DNA from: Anolis carolinensis
Lineage: Eukaryota
NCBI RefSeq assembly: GCF_035594765.1
Contig: NC_085843.1
Location: 51,010,201 to 51,074,200 of the forward strand
Direction of reading: 5' to 3'
Length of the DNA stretch: 64,000 nt
Shown here piece by piece: positions 13,347 through 24,900 of the stretch. How positions within the stretch are numbered: position 1 is the stretch's first letter; every line of letters begins with the position of its first letter. The notes under the pieces were generated by a model. It saw only the letters and a program-made list of their open reading frames with translations, was not told the origin of the DNA and made no database searches. Position numbers and translations under genes: made by a program.

Positions 13347-16300
13347 AGAGGCTCGCCAACCCGGTCAAAAACCCCACTCAAGAGCCGCCAACCGGGGTCC
13401 TATTTCTCCTAGTGGTCACCTTGTGGTCGGTGAAAAAAGGACCCGTCATGGTCCATGCCATGATAGACTCAGGAGCCACAAACAATTTCATTGACAGAGA
13501 GTATGCCGACTCTCTGGGATTACAATATCATGATTTCAAGAACGCCCGTGTGGTGCAAGCCATCGATGGCCGCCCCCTCAAGACAGGTCCAGTAAGCCAG
13601 TGGTCGGAACCCACCAGAATGTGGATAAGGGAACACATGGAAGAGATTTCCTTCTTTGTTACCGAGGTACCCCACTTCCCTGTGATTTTGGGAATTCCAT
13701 GGCTGACACTCCACGACCCAAGCATCTCCTGGTCCAACAGAGAACTGCAGTTTGCTTCAAAATATTGCCAAAACCATTGCCTTGTAGCCAAGGTCTGCCA
13801 TGCCACAGACGCTGAACCCATCATCACCTTGCCCAAGAAGTACTCAGAATATTGGGATGTATTCAATGAAAAGGAAGCCGAGAGGCTACCCCCTCATAGA
13901 CCTTATGACTGTGCCATTGACTTGGTGGAGGGGGCCCCGATCCCGCGAGGACACCTCTACTCCCTGACTGAACCAGAGCAAGAAGCTCTCAGGGAGTTCT
14001 TAGAGACAAACCTCCGCAAGGGGTTTATTAGACCCTCTCAATCCCCAGCCGCTTCCCCAGTGATGTTCGTGAAAAAGAAGTCAGGGGACCTACGCTTGGT
14101 GGTGGACTATAGAGCATTGAACAATATCACTAAGCGAAACCGGTATCCCCTGCCTTTGATCTCGGACCTCTTAGACCGGCTTCGAGGGGCTAAGGTTTAC
14201 ACCAAACTGGATCTTCGAGGAGCTTATAATCTAGTCCGCATCAGGGAAGGGGACGAGTGGAAGACTGCCTTCCAGACTAAATTCGGTTTATTCGAAACCC
14301 TGGTCATGAATTTCGGTTTATGTGGAGCTCCCGCAACGTTTCAACGTTTTGTCAACGATATCTTTCAGGATTATCTAGACCGGTTCTTGATCATCTACCT
14401 GGACAATTTTTTGGTGTTTTCTAGATCGCAATCAGAACATGAGAACCACGTCAGAATGGTGTTACAACGATTGCGGGATCATGGACTTTATGCCAAGCTG
14501 GAAAAATGCGCTTTTGATCTACAAGAGGTAGATTTCCTGGGTTATCGTGTCTCGCCACTAGGGCTCACCATGGACCCGGCCAAGGTAGCGGCAGTATTGG
14601 AATGGCGGGCGCCAACCAACAAGAAAGAGGTGCAACGCTTCTTGGGGTTTGCGAACTACTACCGCAAGTTCATTCCAGACTTTGCCCGCTGGTCTGACCC
14701 AATCACCAGCTGCATCCGTGGGAAACAGCCCTTCCGCTGGACAGACCAAGCAGAGAAAGGGTTCCAGCAACTAAAGAAATTATTCACGTCCCAGCCAATC
14801 CTTCAGCACCCAGATCCTGAAACCCCTTTTGTCGTGCAGGCGGACGCCTCCGATGTGGCGATTGGGGCTGTACTCCTACAACCAGTGGGAGATCATCTTC
14901 ACCCTTGTGCTTTTTATTCCCGTCAATTGACTGCACCAGAGAGAAATTACACTATTTGGGAAAAGGAACTTTTGGCCATAAAGGCAGCCTTTGAAACTTG
15001 GAGACATTGGTTAGAAGGGGCCAAATTTCCCATTGAAGTCCATACTGATCATCGGAATCTAGAGCATCTAAGAACTGCCCGCAAGCTAAATCAGAGGCAA
15101 CAACGCTGGGCTTTATTCTTTGAACGTTTTAACTTCCAAATTCATTATGTAACCCCAGCCCAGACCAAGCAAGCAGATGCTCTGTCACGGAAACCGGAAT
15201 ATGCTGCAGGGCGCAAAGAGACTTTTGAGTCCCAGCTGCTACAGCCCGAGAACTTTGCCACGCTCACAGTGGGAAACACCAAATCCACTCCCATTGAATC
15301 AACTCCCTCTACTCCAGGGCCCCTTTGTGCTCAGGAAATCAGGGCTAGTCAGCAAGCAGATGCCTGGGCACAGGACCAACTTCGCCAAGGACTACATTTC
15401 CCCTTTTCGCTTAAGGATGGGCTACTTTGCTATAGAAATCATGTTTACATCCCTCCAGGACCGGGCAGGGAAAAAGCACTTCGTCTGTGTCATGACTGCA
15501 AGCCAGCAGGGCATTTCGGACTATTCAAAACCATGCATTTGATCCTAAGAGATTTCTGGTGGCCCAAGATCCGCAAGGATGTGGAAAAATATGTCAACAC
15601 CTGCCCAGTATGCCAGCGCTCCAAGACAAGAAGGGAAAAGCCCTCAGGGCTTCTGCATCCCCTCCCTACCCCATCTCGCCCATGGGAAATAATCTCTGCG
15701 GATTTTATCACTGATCTACCACCTTCCTGTGGATTCACCACGATCCTAGTGGTGGTGGACCTTTTTACCAAGTTAGCCCATTTCATTCCCTGTGATGGCC
15801 TTCCCACGGCCAAAGAGACTGCAGATTTATTCCTTCAACATGTCTTCAGATTGCATGGATTGCCCAAGAGTTTGGTCACAGACCGTGGGTCCCAATTCAC
15901 CTCTCGTTTCTGGAAAGCACTACAAAAACTATTGGGCATAGACTCTCGTTTATCTTCGGCTCACCATCCCCAAACGGATGGGCAAACTGAGCGTACCAAT
16001 GCCACTTTGGAACAATACCTTCGCTGTTATGTGAACTACCAGCAGGACAATTGGGCTTCCCTGTTACCGCTGTCAGAGTTTGCCTACAACAATGGGGTCC
16101 AGGCTTCAACTAAAGAAACCCCGTTCTTTGCAAACTACGGCTTCCATCCACGTTTCTTTCCTCCTGTCATTGAAACCTCAGAAGTTCCCGCAGCAGAGGA
16201 CTGGCTGCAGGAACTCACAGCGGTGCAACAACTTTTGCTCCAGCAACTGGACCAAGCCAAGGAGGACTATAAACGCCACGCTGACAAACATCGCCAGCCG

Positions 16301-17071
16301 GGCCCCGAAATCAAGGTAGGAGACCGGGTTCTTCTGTCCACTCGCTTTTTGCCCTCCCACCGCCCTTGCCGGAAGTTAGATGCCCGTTTCATTGGCCCCT
16401 ATCCAGTGGTGGCGCAACTTAACCCCGTGACTTTCAAACTCCAACTTCCGCGCTCTATGCGCATTCATCCAGTGTTTCATCGCTCCCTGCTCCTTCCGGC
16501 GGATGGTGTGCGCCCTGATGCAGACCGGCCGGCCCCCACTCCTGTTTTGGTGGATGGGGAGGAGGAATTCGAGGTTCAGGACATTTTGAATTCTCGCTTT
16601 CACCGCCGCCGCCTACAATATCTCATTGACTGGGTGGGTTTTGGCCCCGAGGAACGCTCTTGGGAAGACGCTTCCACAGTCCATGCCCCCGATTTAACCC
16701 GCCGCTTCCATCAGACCTATCCCGCCAAGCCGCGGCCTCGCGCCTCGGGGAGAGAGTCCCAGTTTGAGAGGGGGCTTGAGGAGGGGGATAGTGTGATGAC
16801 TCATGGGCCATGTAGTCCCGTTCCTAGTGCTGTTGTGACAGATGAAGAGGAAAACTTGGGTTTTCCACCATTTCAGCCAGAAAAGGAACTTTCCCAGCCA
16901 GAAATGGAGCCCTTGCACCTGCAGGAGGTTTGTCTTCCAGAAATCTGCCAAACAAGCCCTGAGTCAAAATCTCCCCCTTTTTCTCGCCGTAATTATTATC
17001 TCCAGCAAAAAGGAGTGCAGCAGGCTAATCGCAGGAGCTTGAGAATTGCAGCAAAGCATTCAGATGATTAA
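13301..17071 (+). CDS. pol: Pol: protease, RT, RNase H, integrase, chromodomain and U3-encoded tail; -1 frame relative to gag
   Basis: Frame is open from 13301 (after TGA at 13298-13300); motifs IDSGA, KLDLRGAY, YLDN, QADAS, TDH, H-H-CPVC, ADF/TDRG/TER, GPY and a chromodomain; last 93 codons lie inside the 3' LTR. Confidence 0.95.
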   Translation, partial: GGWRAAGGGSQRPGVERLANPVKNPTQEPPTGVLFLLVVTLWSVKKGPVMVHAMIDSGATNNFIDREYADSLGLQYHDFKNARVVQAIDGRPLKTGPVSQWSEPTRMWIREHMEEISFFVTEVPHFPVILGIPWLTLHDPSISWSNRELQFASKYCQNHCLVAKVCHATDAEPIITLPKKYSEYWDVFNEKEAERLPPHRPYDCAIDLVEGAPIPRGHLYSLTEPEQEALREFLETNLRKGFIRPSQSPAASPVMFVKKKSGDLRLVVDYRALNNITKRNRYPLPLISDLLDRLRGAKVYTKLDLRGAYNLVRIREGDEWKTAFQTKFGLFETLVMNFGLCGAPATFQRFVNDIFQDYLDRFLIIYLDNFLVFSRSQSEHENHVRMVLQRLRDHGLYAKLEKCAFDLQEVDFLGYRVSPLGLTMDPAKVAAVLEWRAPTNKKEVQRFLGFANYYRKFIPDFARWSDPITSCIRGKQPFRWTDQAEKGFQQLKKLFTSQPILQHPDPETPFVVQADASDVAIGAVLLQPVGDHLHPCAFYSRQLTAPERNYTIWEKELLAIKAAFETWRHWLEGAKFPIEVHTDHRNLEHLRTARKLNQRQQRWALFFERFNFQIHYVTPAQTKQADALSRKPEYAAGRKETFESQLLQPENFATLTVGNTKSTPIESTPSTPGPLCAQEIRASQQADAWAQDQLRQGLHFPFSLKDGLLCYRNHVYIPPGPGREKALRLCHDCKPAGHFGLFKTMHLILRDFWWPKIRKDVEKYVNTCPVCQRSKTRREKPSGLLHPLPTPSRPWEIISADFITDLPPSCGFTTILVVVDLFTKLAHFIPCDGLPTAKETADLFLQHVFRLHGLPKSLVTDRGSQFTSRFWKALQKLLGIDSRLSSAHHPQTDGQTERTNATLEQYLRCYVNYQQDNWASLLPLSEFAYNNGVQASTKETPFFANYGFHPRFFPPVIETSEVPAAEDWLQELTAVQQLLLQQLDQAKEDYKRHADKHRQPGPEIKVGDRVLLSTRFLPSHRPCRKLDARFIGPYPVVAQLNPVTFKLQLPRSMRIHPVFHRSLLLPADGVRPDADRPAPTPVLVDGEEEFEVQDILNSRFHRRRLQYLIDWVGFGPEERSWEDASTVHAPDLTRRFHQTYPAKPRPRASGRESQFERGLEEGDSVMTHGPCSPVPSAVVTDEEENLGFPPFQPEKELSQPEMEPLHLQEVCLPEICQTSPESKSPPFSRRNYYLQQKGVQQANRRSLRIAAKHSDD
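13322..13386 (+). promoter_or_regulatory. Candidate -1 ribosomal frameshift signal (G_GGG_GAA, stem-loop, possible pseudoknot)
   Basis: Gag/pol overlap is limited to 13301-13346; 6-nt spacer, then stem GACCGGG (13335-13341) / CCCGGTC (13360-13366). Confidence 0.6.
16559..16723 (+). other. Chromodomain coding segment of integrase
   Basis: EEEFEVQDILNSR...QYLIDWVGFGPEERSWE...FHQTYP. Confidence 0.92.
16766..16791 (+). promoter_or_regulatory. Polypurine tract
   Basis: gagagggggcttgaggagggggatag directly abuts the 3' LTR. Confidence 0.85.
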
Positions 17072-17706
17072 GCCTGCTTCCATGAGAAATTTTAGGGAGT
17101 CATACATCTGGACACAGAGATTGACTTTCGTTTCTGATTCCCCAGAGAAGTGTTCTCTGGTGGGAAAACGAGGCCTATTTAGGTTCCTTGCTCCCGAAGG
17201 AATCTTGCGGAGTCAATTCGTCAGCTACCGGAGCAGCGTGTGTGGACAGCTACTCCTGCTCTCAAGCCTTTGTTCCTGTTCCAAGCCTTCGTTCCCAGCC
17301 TTGTTTTCTCCCCGGATCTTGCCTTGTTTCCCGGACCTCGCCAAGTAATTACCACGGATCTTGTTCTTGCTCCTCGTTTCCTTGTTGCCTTGAATCAAGC
17401 TTTGTGTTCCAAGAATCAAGTTACTTTCTAGCCTTGCTCAAGTTCATGGACTAAAGGACCTTGTCATCTCCCCTCACTTTGCTTGGCAAAGTGAGTGTTT
17501 CGGTTATTGGATTACAACTTTGGACCTTAATATTTCATATTGGACATTGTTTCTTGGGACTAATTTTGACCTTTCCTGAAAGGTCTATTTCTGGACTATT
17601 TCATACACTTGCTTTTATTAACTTTATATATTCCTTCAATAAAGATATTAGATAGATTCTGGCCTCTGTGTATGGTTATTGGTGCTCTGCAGCCTGGGTT
17701 GTGACA
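16792..17706 (+). repeat. 3' LTR (915 bp)
   Basis: Matches the 5' LTR except one difference found (A11741 vs G17130); AATAAA at 17638-17643. Confidence 0.97.
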
Positions 17707-17734
17707 CTTATAAGGCTAGCATTCAAACCACTAC

Positions 17735-18136
17735 ACTGCAATGGTCAAAGTGTGCTCCGCTGAGCACTTAGGGCTCCACGAAGCATACTGAGGGGCTCCA
17801 CGGTTTCCTTCTTTTCCTCCTTCCCCCAGCTTTCCCTCCACTTTCCCGTTTCTCCCCCTCCATTGTCTAGTTCACCACCAAAAGCCTTTCCCCATGCCTT
17901 CCTAGCCCCCAAAAGCCCTGTTTCATCGCCTACCTCATCCCCCTCACCCCAAAAATCCTTTTTCCTCACCTTCCTCACCCCAAAAGCCTTTCCCCCCTCA
18001 CCCCCTTGTCACTCAGATCCTTTCCCCCCTCGCATTCCTTATTTCCAAAGTGCTATTTCCCTCCTAGGGGAGTGCTTTGATTGTGCCCATGTCTGAAATA
18101 TATGCACTATATAGAGAATATATGCACTATATAGAG

Positions 18137-18174
<38 letters not shown>

Positions 18175-18245
18175 TTTCTTGGGGCTTGACAAGAAACTTT
18201 TGCTTAAAAAAGAGCTCTGTGGCTGAAAAAGTTTGAGAACCCCTG
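17735..18245. mobile_element. Degenerate hAT-like MITE with C-rich interior and (CA)n
   Basis: Right end gtttgagaacccctg resembles a hAT TIR; left end unclear. Confidence 0.4.
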
Positions 18246-20142
18246 CTTTAGAGGGTTATAAAACAATCTTTGATACCTTCGGTTCATCAGAATCCCTTGT
18301 TATTGTCTATTGTTATTTGAGTCATTCACTTTGTACACTCAACAATGAAATGTTACCATTCAGTAATGTTTAAAGCTCGTAGCAGGCATCTGTGGATTTT
18401 ATCAGGAAAGGTGTAGAGTGGTGATACAAGGTATTATGATGCCCCTATAAAAGAGTCATCATAATATAGAATTTTAGAGTTTTCCCCTTCTGTATCAAAA
18501 GACTCATCCCAAGATGTTGTGACAAGATTCTTCCTACACAGAAAGACTTTTTTGCCTCCCCCCTTATGTTGAAGAACCACTTGGGAAAAGGAAGGTGACG
18601 TCCTGAATTGATTGATAACATGACCAAGTGCATGCACAAGGATTCAAAGAATTCATAACTCATCACTTTGCCTGGGTGGAGACATCAATCAGTTTCAGTT
18701 TCTCACATATGTAAATTTTGTTATTTAGAAGTTTATCCTTTCTCAAATATGAAGATGTTTGGAAATCTTGCCAAGTTCTTCCAAAATGAACTAGTCTGAA
18801 CAGTGACAGTAACATATACCAGGTCTCTTATTCCAAAGATGCCAGAAGAATTCTTGATGGCCTGAACACAGATTTCTGGCATGTGTCTTCAAGATGTAAG
18901 TATTGCTATAGGAAAACAAGTGATTAATGCAGCAATTTTACACACACATATGCACAATGGAAGGGAGAACATATGCACCATCCATTAAAAATCTTTCCTT
19001 ATCTTACAGTATACTGAGCTAGCTTCTGACATTTGATACTTTAATTCAGTTCGAATGAACTCGGTGGTCTTGTCTCAAACCCCTGAGATTGAGTCGTCTT
19101 TATCAGAAACGCAAATAATTTGACATGTAGTAACTCAGAGGCTGACCTTTGGCCAAGGAGATCCCAAAGGACTAAGATAGTCTGAAGGTTAAACCACCTC
19201 CTATCCTTAGAGGAGTATTCCAGTTCTGATGCTGAGGTCATACATCGGGCATTATGGAAGGTTGTATTGTTACCTACACAAGGTCTGACTGGTGAGCAAA
19301 TAGAGACTTCCATTTATAGTCTCATGATGTCTGTAGTTTTACCATGGAGGCGTAATTCATCAAAGAGTCAAACAATGAAATCTTTATGTAGCTTTTCCCC
19401 AGTCTCCACTCCCTCGTGAAGGCTCAAACACAGAGCAAAGAGTTAAACACACTTGTAGAAACATGGTCCCAGCAGGGTTGCATTTTTGTTTCAAGCTGTT
19501 CCTTAGTTAAAAAAAGAAAAGAAAAGAAAAGAAAATAAAGAAAATAAATTCAAGTGTCTGGTGTGCAGCTTATTTGTTTTTGACCTTGGTACAATGTCTA
19601 ATGAGTTCCTATATGAGAACAGATTAGATTTATATATTTATACTGTGAAATCCAATACACAGAACACTTAAAATATGAATACAAAGAAAAGAACAAATAA
19701 ATAGAAACCACACATAATTTTGTAGTCTCAGCTTGGTTCATACCAAGTCTCTTCATGAGGATGCCATAACGATGGCATAGACCATCATTTTTTATTTGTC
19801 TTAAAATCTGTAATTGGACAGTTAAATTAAGGAGCACTGGATGTTTTATAAAGTTTCTGCCCTTTGAACCTCATATTACCTCTCTGTGAAAATTGATAAT
19901 GGTTTTTTTTTTTTTGTTATTCCGCATCATACTTGGAGTTATTCTCCTCAAGAACTCTACATCTATCCTGATATATTTTTTCAGGCAGGTGAAGATGGGC
20001 CTCTTTCTGTCTAATGTATGCTCTGGTACAGTCACCGCTTCTGGGTTGTGCTTCCTATAAGGCATTAAGTTGAGGAATAATATGGTTTGGATAAGGGTTA
20101 TTATGTTGTTTTATTATCTTTTGTAGATTGGTATTGTCATTC

Positions 20143-20460
20143 TGGAGCCCCTGGTGGCGCAGCGGATTAAACCGCTGAGCTGTTGAACTTGCTGACCGAA
20201 AGGTTTGAACCGGGGAGCAGGATGAGCACCTGCTGTTAGCTCCAGCTTCTACAGACCTAGCAGTTCGAAAACATGCAAATGTGAGTAGATCAATAGATAC
20301 CGCTCTGGCAGGAAGGTAATGGTGCTCCATGCAGTCATGCTGACCACATGACCTTGGAGGTGTCTATGGACGACACCGGCTCTTTGGCTTAGAAATGGAG
20401 ATGAGCACCAACCCCCAGAGTTGGACACGACTAGGCTTAACATCAGGGGAAACTTTTAGC
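20143..20460 (+). mobile_element. Sauria SINE
   Basis: tRNA-like head ggagcccctggtggcgcagc; body matches the copies at 28689 and 45189. Confidence 0.88.
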
Positions 20461-21636
20461 TATTGTCATTCTTAACATTGTATTTAGCAATTTGGTTAAC
20501 CACTTTATGATGAGGGATAATAAAATAGTACCATATTTAAATTCCTAAGCATCCTACTATTAAGTGGAGTGAGATAGTTGCCTCTGATTGGAAATGATAA
20601 AAGGCATTGACATGCTGGAACATATTGGTAATGTTTTCTGCCCAATTTACTATATTTTTTTGTTGGGGAGGTATTTTGAGCATTTCACGCATCTTTCAGA
20701 GAGTCGTGGGGAAGCACCTGCACCAGCCTATGCAGCCATGTAGACCAGGGTGCCCTGGTGCTGGCTTGGCATCCAGCCCACCATTGGCTGCAAGGAGGAA
20801 TTGATTCCATCAGCTTGAAGACTTCTAAAATAGTCTGTGATGTGAAACACCTGCTGTATCCATTAATCACCAATGAATTCTCCTTTGACATCAGTGACTT
20901 GCGCTAGTCTTGATATCACACAAATCTCTGGAGGAAGGCCTGGAATGGCTCCAGTTCCAGTTCAGAACAGAATATTACATATTCAGGCAGCCTACAGAGC
21001 ATTTTTAAATTGTTCTATGAAGTAGCAGTGGGAGTGGGCAAACTTTTTATGGAAAAGTTTGGGAATAGTGTATACGGATTTTGTAACCAGAAGCATTATT
21101 TAATAGTTTGCTCAAACTGATGAACCTTCTTGATGCTTATTAACAGCACAATAACTGAATCCTCTTCTTTTAATGCATATCTCTGCATATTAGTGGCTGC
21201 TGTGACTGCACCAGTGTAAAATGTATAGATTTAGGTCTTTTCATCAGAGCAAAGCAGTTGTTCACAGAGAGACAGACAGAGATGGAGACAGATTCCCGGT
21301 TGTGTCATGAGCCAGTCAGGAGAAATAAGACATGGTTAAATTTGTAGATAGGAAAGATTAGTGAGCATATTTGTGTTTTGTGGTTCGTAGTCATAGGATT
21401 GCTGATTATATTTATTAGCTCTAAATATTAAACAGCCGGCAAAATTCCATTGTATATAAATAAGACATTTGAGACCTGGAAGTAAGCCATTACTGATATA
21501 GCCAGCTGGTGCTTTTTAACAGTTTTATTTCAGAATAGCATTTAAGGAATCTCACTGAACATTTGATGCTTTTTAAAATTACAATAAGAGTATATGCATT
21601 CAACTGAGATATCAGTATGGATTTCCATTGCATATA

Positions 21637-21976
21637 CAATAGGGTCTCGCTTATCCAACCTTTGCTTATCCAACATTCTGGCTTATCCAACGCAGTCTGC
21701 CTTTTAGTAGTCAGTGTTTTTGTAGTCAATGTTTTCAATACATTGCAATGTTTTGGTGCTAAATTCGTAAATACAGTAATTACCACATAACTTTTCCAAG
21801 TATTGAACTGCTTCTTCTGTTGATTTGTTGTAAAACATGTCTTGGTGCTTAATTTGTAAAATCATAATGTAATTCAATGTTTAATAGACTTTTCCTTAAT
21901 CCCTCCTTATTATCTAACATTTTCGCTTATCCAACGTTCTGTCGACCCGTTTATGTTGGATAAGTGAGACTCACTT
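21637..21976. mobile_element. Tc1/mariner (Tigger-like) MITE
   Basis: TA-flanked left end; inverted repeats gtctcgcttatccaac / gttggataagtgagac; internal ttatccaac repeats. Confidence 0.75.
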
Positions 21977-24900
21977 TGAAAGCAGGATAGAATAAAGGAA
22001 TAGTATATTGTGTACCTGTTTGATGTACCATATTCTTCATTTCAGGCAGTAGGAATGCCAAAAGTTAAGTTATTTCAAATATGAATTGAGAATATTTTTG
22101 ATAACAATAAAGATGTTCTTAATTTCTTTCATGATTTTATGCATTTTTCACCTTAGGTTCTTCATTTATTAATGGTTTTATTTAGATAGATGTGAATTTT
22201 TCTTAAGTATAAAATATTGCTGTATGTGTGAACCACTCGCTCCAATGTGCCAGAAAATTAATTTAAATAGAGATGACTATGGAAGTGTGACATTATAACC
22301 ACTTTCCCTTGTGTTATATTTCTCCACTGAAAATCAATCATGATCCAAGATTACCTTAACCTCACATATGCACAAGGGAGTAGTGCATACCAGGACCAAC
22401 TTTTCCTTGTGGTAAGAACATCTCACACCTCACAGGAGGCAACAAAAGGAACTGGAAGCTTTATTTTGAACATGTGTGATACTTCCTCCCTCCCTTGCCT
22501 AAAACTTAGATCATGTAAACAGAATACTCAGGAATAGAAGTTGGGGTGCATACATTCCCAGCACTATATAATGAGTGTCAATTAGCGTTCAGATCTGTAA
22601 AGATCTACATTTCTGTACCACATGGAACAAAAAAACCCAAAACATCTGTTCTTGATCTTGGCTTGAGGTCCCCACCTGTTGCTTTCCCTTCAGACCTTAA
22701 CATTATGCATTCATTAGATCCTAGTGCTGCACTGTCTCCTGAATTCATAGCAAGCTGCTTGGTAGCTCTTCAGCAAGGTTTCTGCACCCCTCTTGTAGGT
22801 CAACATGGCAAAACATTTCTGAGAGGGCATGGACAGTTATATGTGTTTTAATTATAAGTCCCAGAATCCATCAAGCTGCACAGCCTGGAGCCGTACCTAC
22901 TGGGAGATTTTAAGAGCCACACTCTAAATAATGATAATGATATAACAATGATGCCATTGATGATGACATTAGTCTGCAAGTAATGTTTGGAATTCTCTAA
23001 CATCCTTCTGCTCTATTTTAATTTTTGTTTACCATTTGTTAAGGCAATTGCTTGGCAGCCCAAAAATGATATAATCAGTCCCTTTGTGTTCTTCCCCCCC
23101 CCACTTCCAAATTTATGATATTTTGAGACAGAGCATCTGTGTGCAGTAAGAGTCCCACTGCAGTTGCATTATCTTTATGCAGAGAAAAACTGACTGAATA
23201 GATGTCAAAAGGCAGAAAAAAAGATAACTCTGCATTCTGTCTCCATCACCTCCCGTTTACAAAACCCTATTGAATGCTATCAAATAGAGTGGGAGCAGCC
23301 ACAATTCTGAATGTTATCAACTGCTCTTCACTGTGATGTGTCTGTTGCCTGGGTGAGTTCGCAATGTGATGTAAAATAATTACACTGACAACAAGAATGC
23401 CATGCAATTTCTTCCCCCAGTTGTCTATTTTAATAAGTGATGATATGTCTACTTCCAACTGTGTATCTGGAGCTTGTTAGCACATGTAGCAATCTTCATA
23501 TTATATCAATATCTTTTCATTCGATAGTCATTTTTCTTTTGATATTTCTCTCAGCCGCATGTTCACAGTATGTTTTCTATGAATGTGTCAGGTTCAGTTA
23601 AATTCAGTTTATATTTTGTTGCCAACTGCTATCCGAGCATAAGTCTGAAATGAGTGTAGGAATAATTGGAAATAGTTTATTCTGTCGACTCAGAGTAAAT
23701 TTGTAACCCTGTTGCAAAGAATTATATACTTTGAATGGTCAAAATACAATTTACTTTTTTCAATTGAAAAATATTATTACATAAATCAAACATCTTAATA
23801 GGAGTTGTGACCTCTAAAATCCTGGAAGTATGTTAGCATCAATTGTGATAATTATTAACATCAATAATTTCTTATGATATACAGCGCATATTATTTCTCT
23901 GAAAGCAACATGTTTTGACTGACATCATCTCTTACTATTTGATTTTTTTTTCTTGAATGTGGTTAGACTTTTCCCTTATCAATATTCTTTGTATTTGAAT
24001 ACAGTGTGTAGGAAAGTGTGTAGGAAAGTGATATAAGACATTGAGCATAATATATTTTCAGATTTTATGTAGGATGCTTGATGTACCACCATCAGTATTC
24101 AACCCCAAAGTGTTCAGATTAGAAACTGAAAATTTAACAATCTGGATATTCTTTGCATTTCTTGATGGGACAAAATATGAAATGGGCTGCTCACATAGAC
24201 AAATGCAAATGTATTCTTGCAAGCAAAATAAAATGTGATGATTATCAACCTCGTTTCTTTATGAACCTCTCTTTCATTGCTTTCCTCTGCCCTTATGGTC
24301 TTCTGCTTATGTGGCAGCTGTGCTAATATTCCCATCGGAAATATATTTCCCGCAAAGGTGGTTTATATAGACTTGCAATGTGTTCTGCTGCACTTCTGCC
24401 ACTTTTTGTCAGGACGTGTTGTAGAAGAAACACAGGGATTTTGTACACAGGGATTATTTGAGGATTCAATTGAAACACTCAAAAAAACCTTGAATCCCTT
24501 TGGTTCAAATTAATGATAACTCATGTCTCTGCAAAACATGATGGCTTCTTCTGCAGAACATGAAAACAATATCGCAACTGTCTCTTGCTATCTGGCTTGT
24601 GCTGCTCATGTGACAAATTAGTGTTACTTTAATATGGAAAAAGCATGCGACATCTACCTAAGCAGGGCATATACATGTAGGACTTTTATCTTGTTTTTTT
24701 ATTGAAAGAGAAAAGGCACCAAGTACTCACAGAACTACATTTCCATCAGACTGAAAGTAATTGCCATAGAAATAAACTGGCATGTTGGAGAGTGTTAATG
24801 CTATAGTCTAGGAATGGGAACTTTGTTGACCTTGAAGCGCTCAGATCTCATAAAACTCTACACAAAAGAACAATCACACTTGCAGAGGCATCCACTTAAT

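Larger units (their letters stand above)
11403..17706 (+). mobile_element. Full-length Ty3/Gypsy chromovirus LTR retrotransposon (sushi/PEG10-like)
   Basis: Paired TG...CA LTRs; 5-bp TSD CTTAT at 11398-11402 and 17707-17711; gag plus PR-RT-RH-IN-chromodomain pol. Confidence 0.98.

Noticed and set aside
12360-17071. Domesticated PEG10/RTL1-like host gene
   Set aside because: Both LTRs, TSD, PBS, PPT and integrase are present and the LTRs are near-identical, so this is a recent transposon copy
20143-20230. tRNA-like sequence
   Set aside because: It is the head of a Sauria SINE, not a tRNA gene
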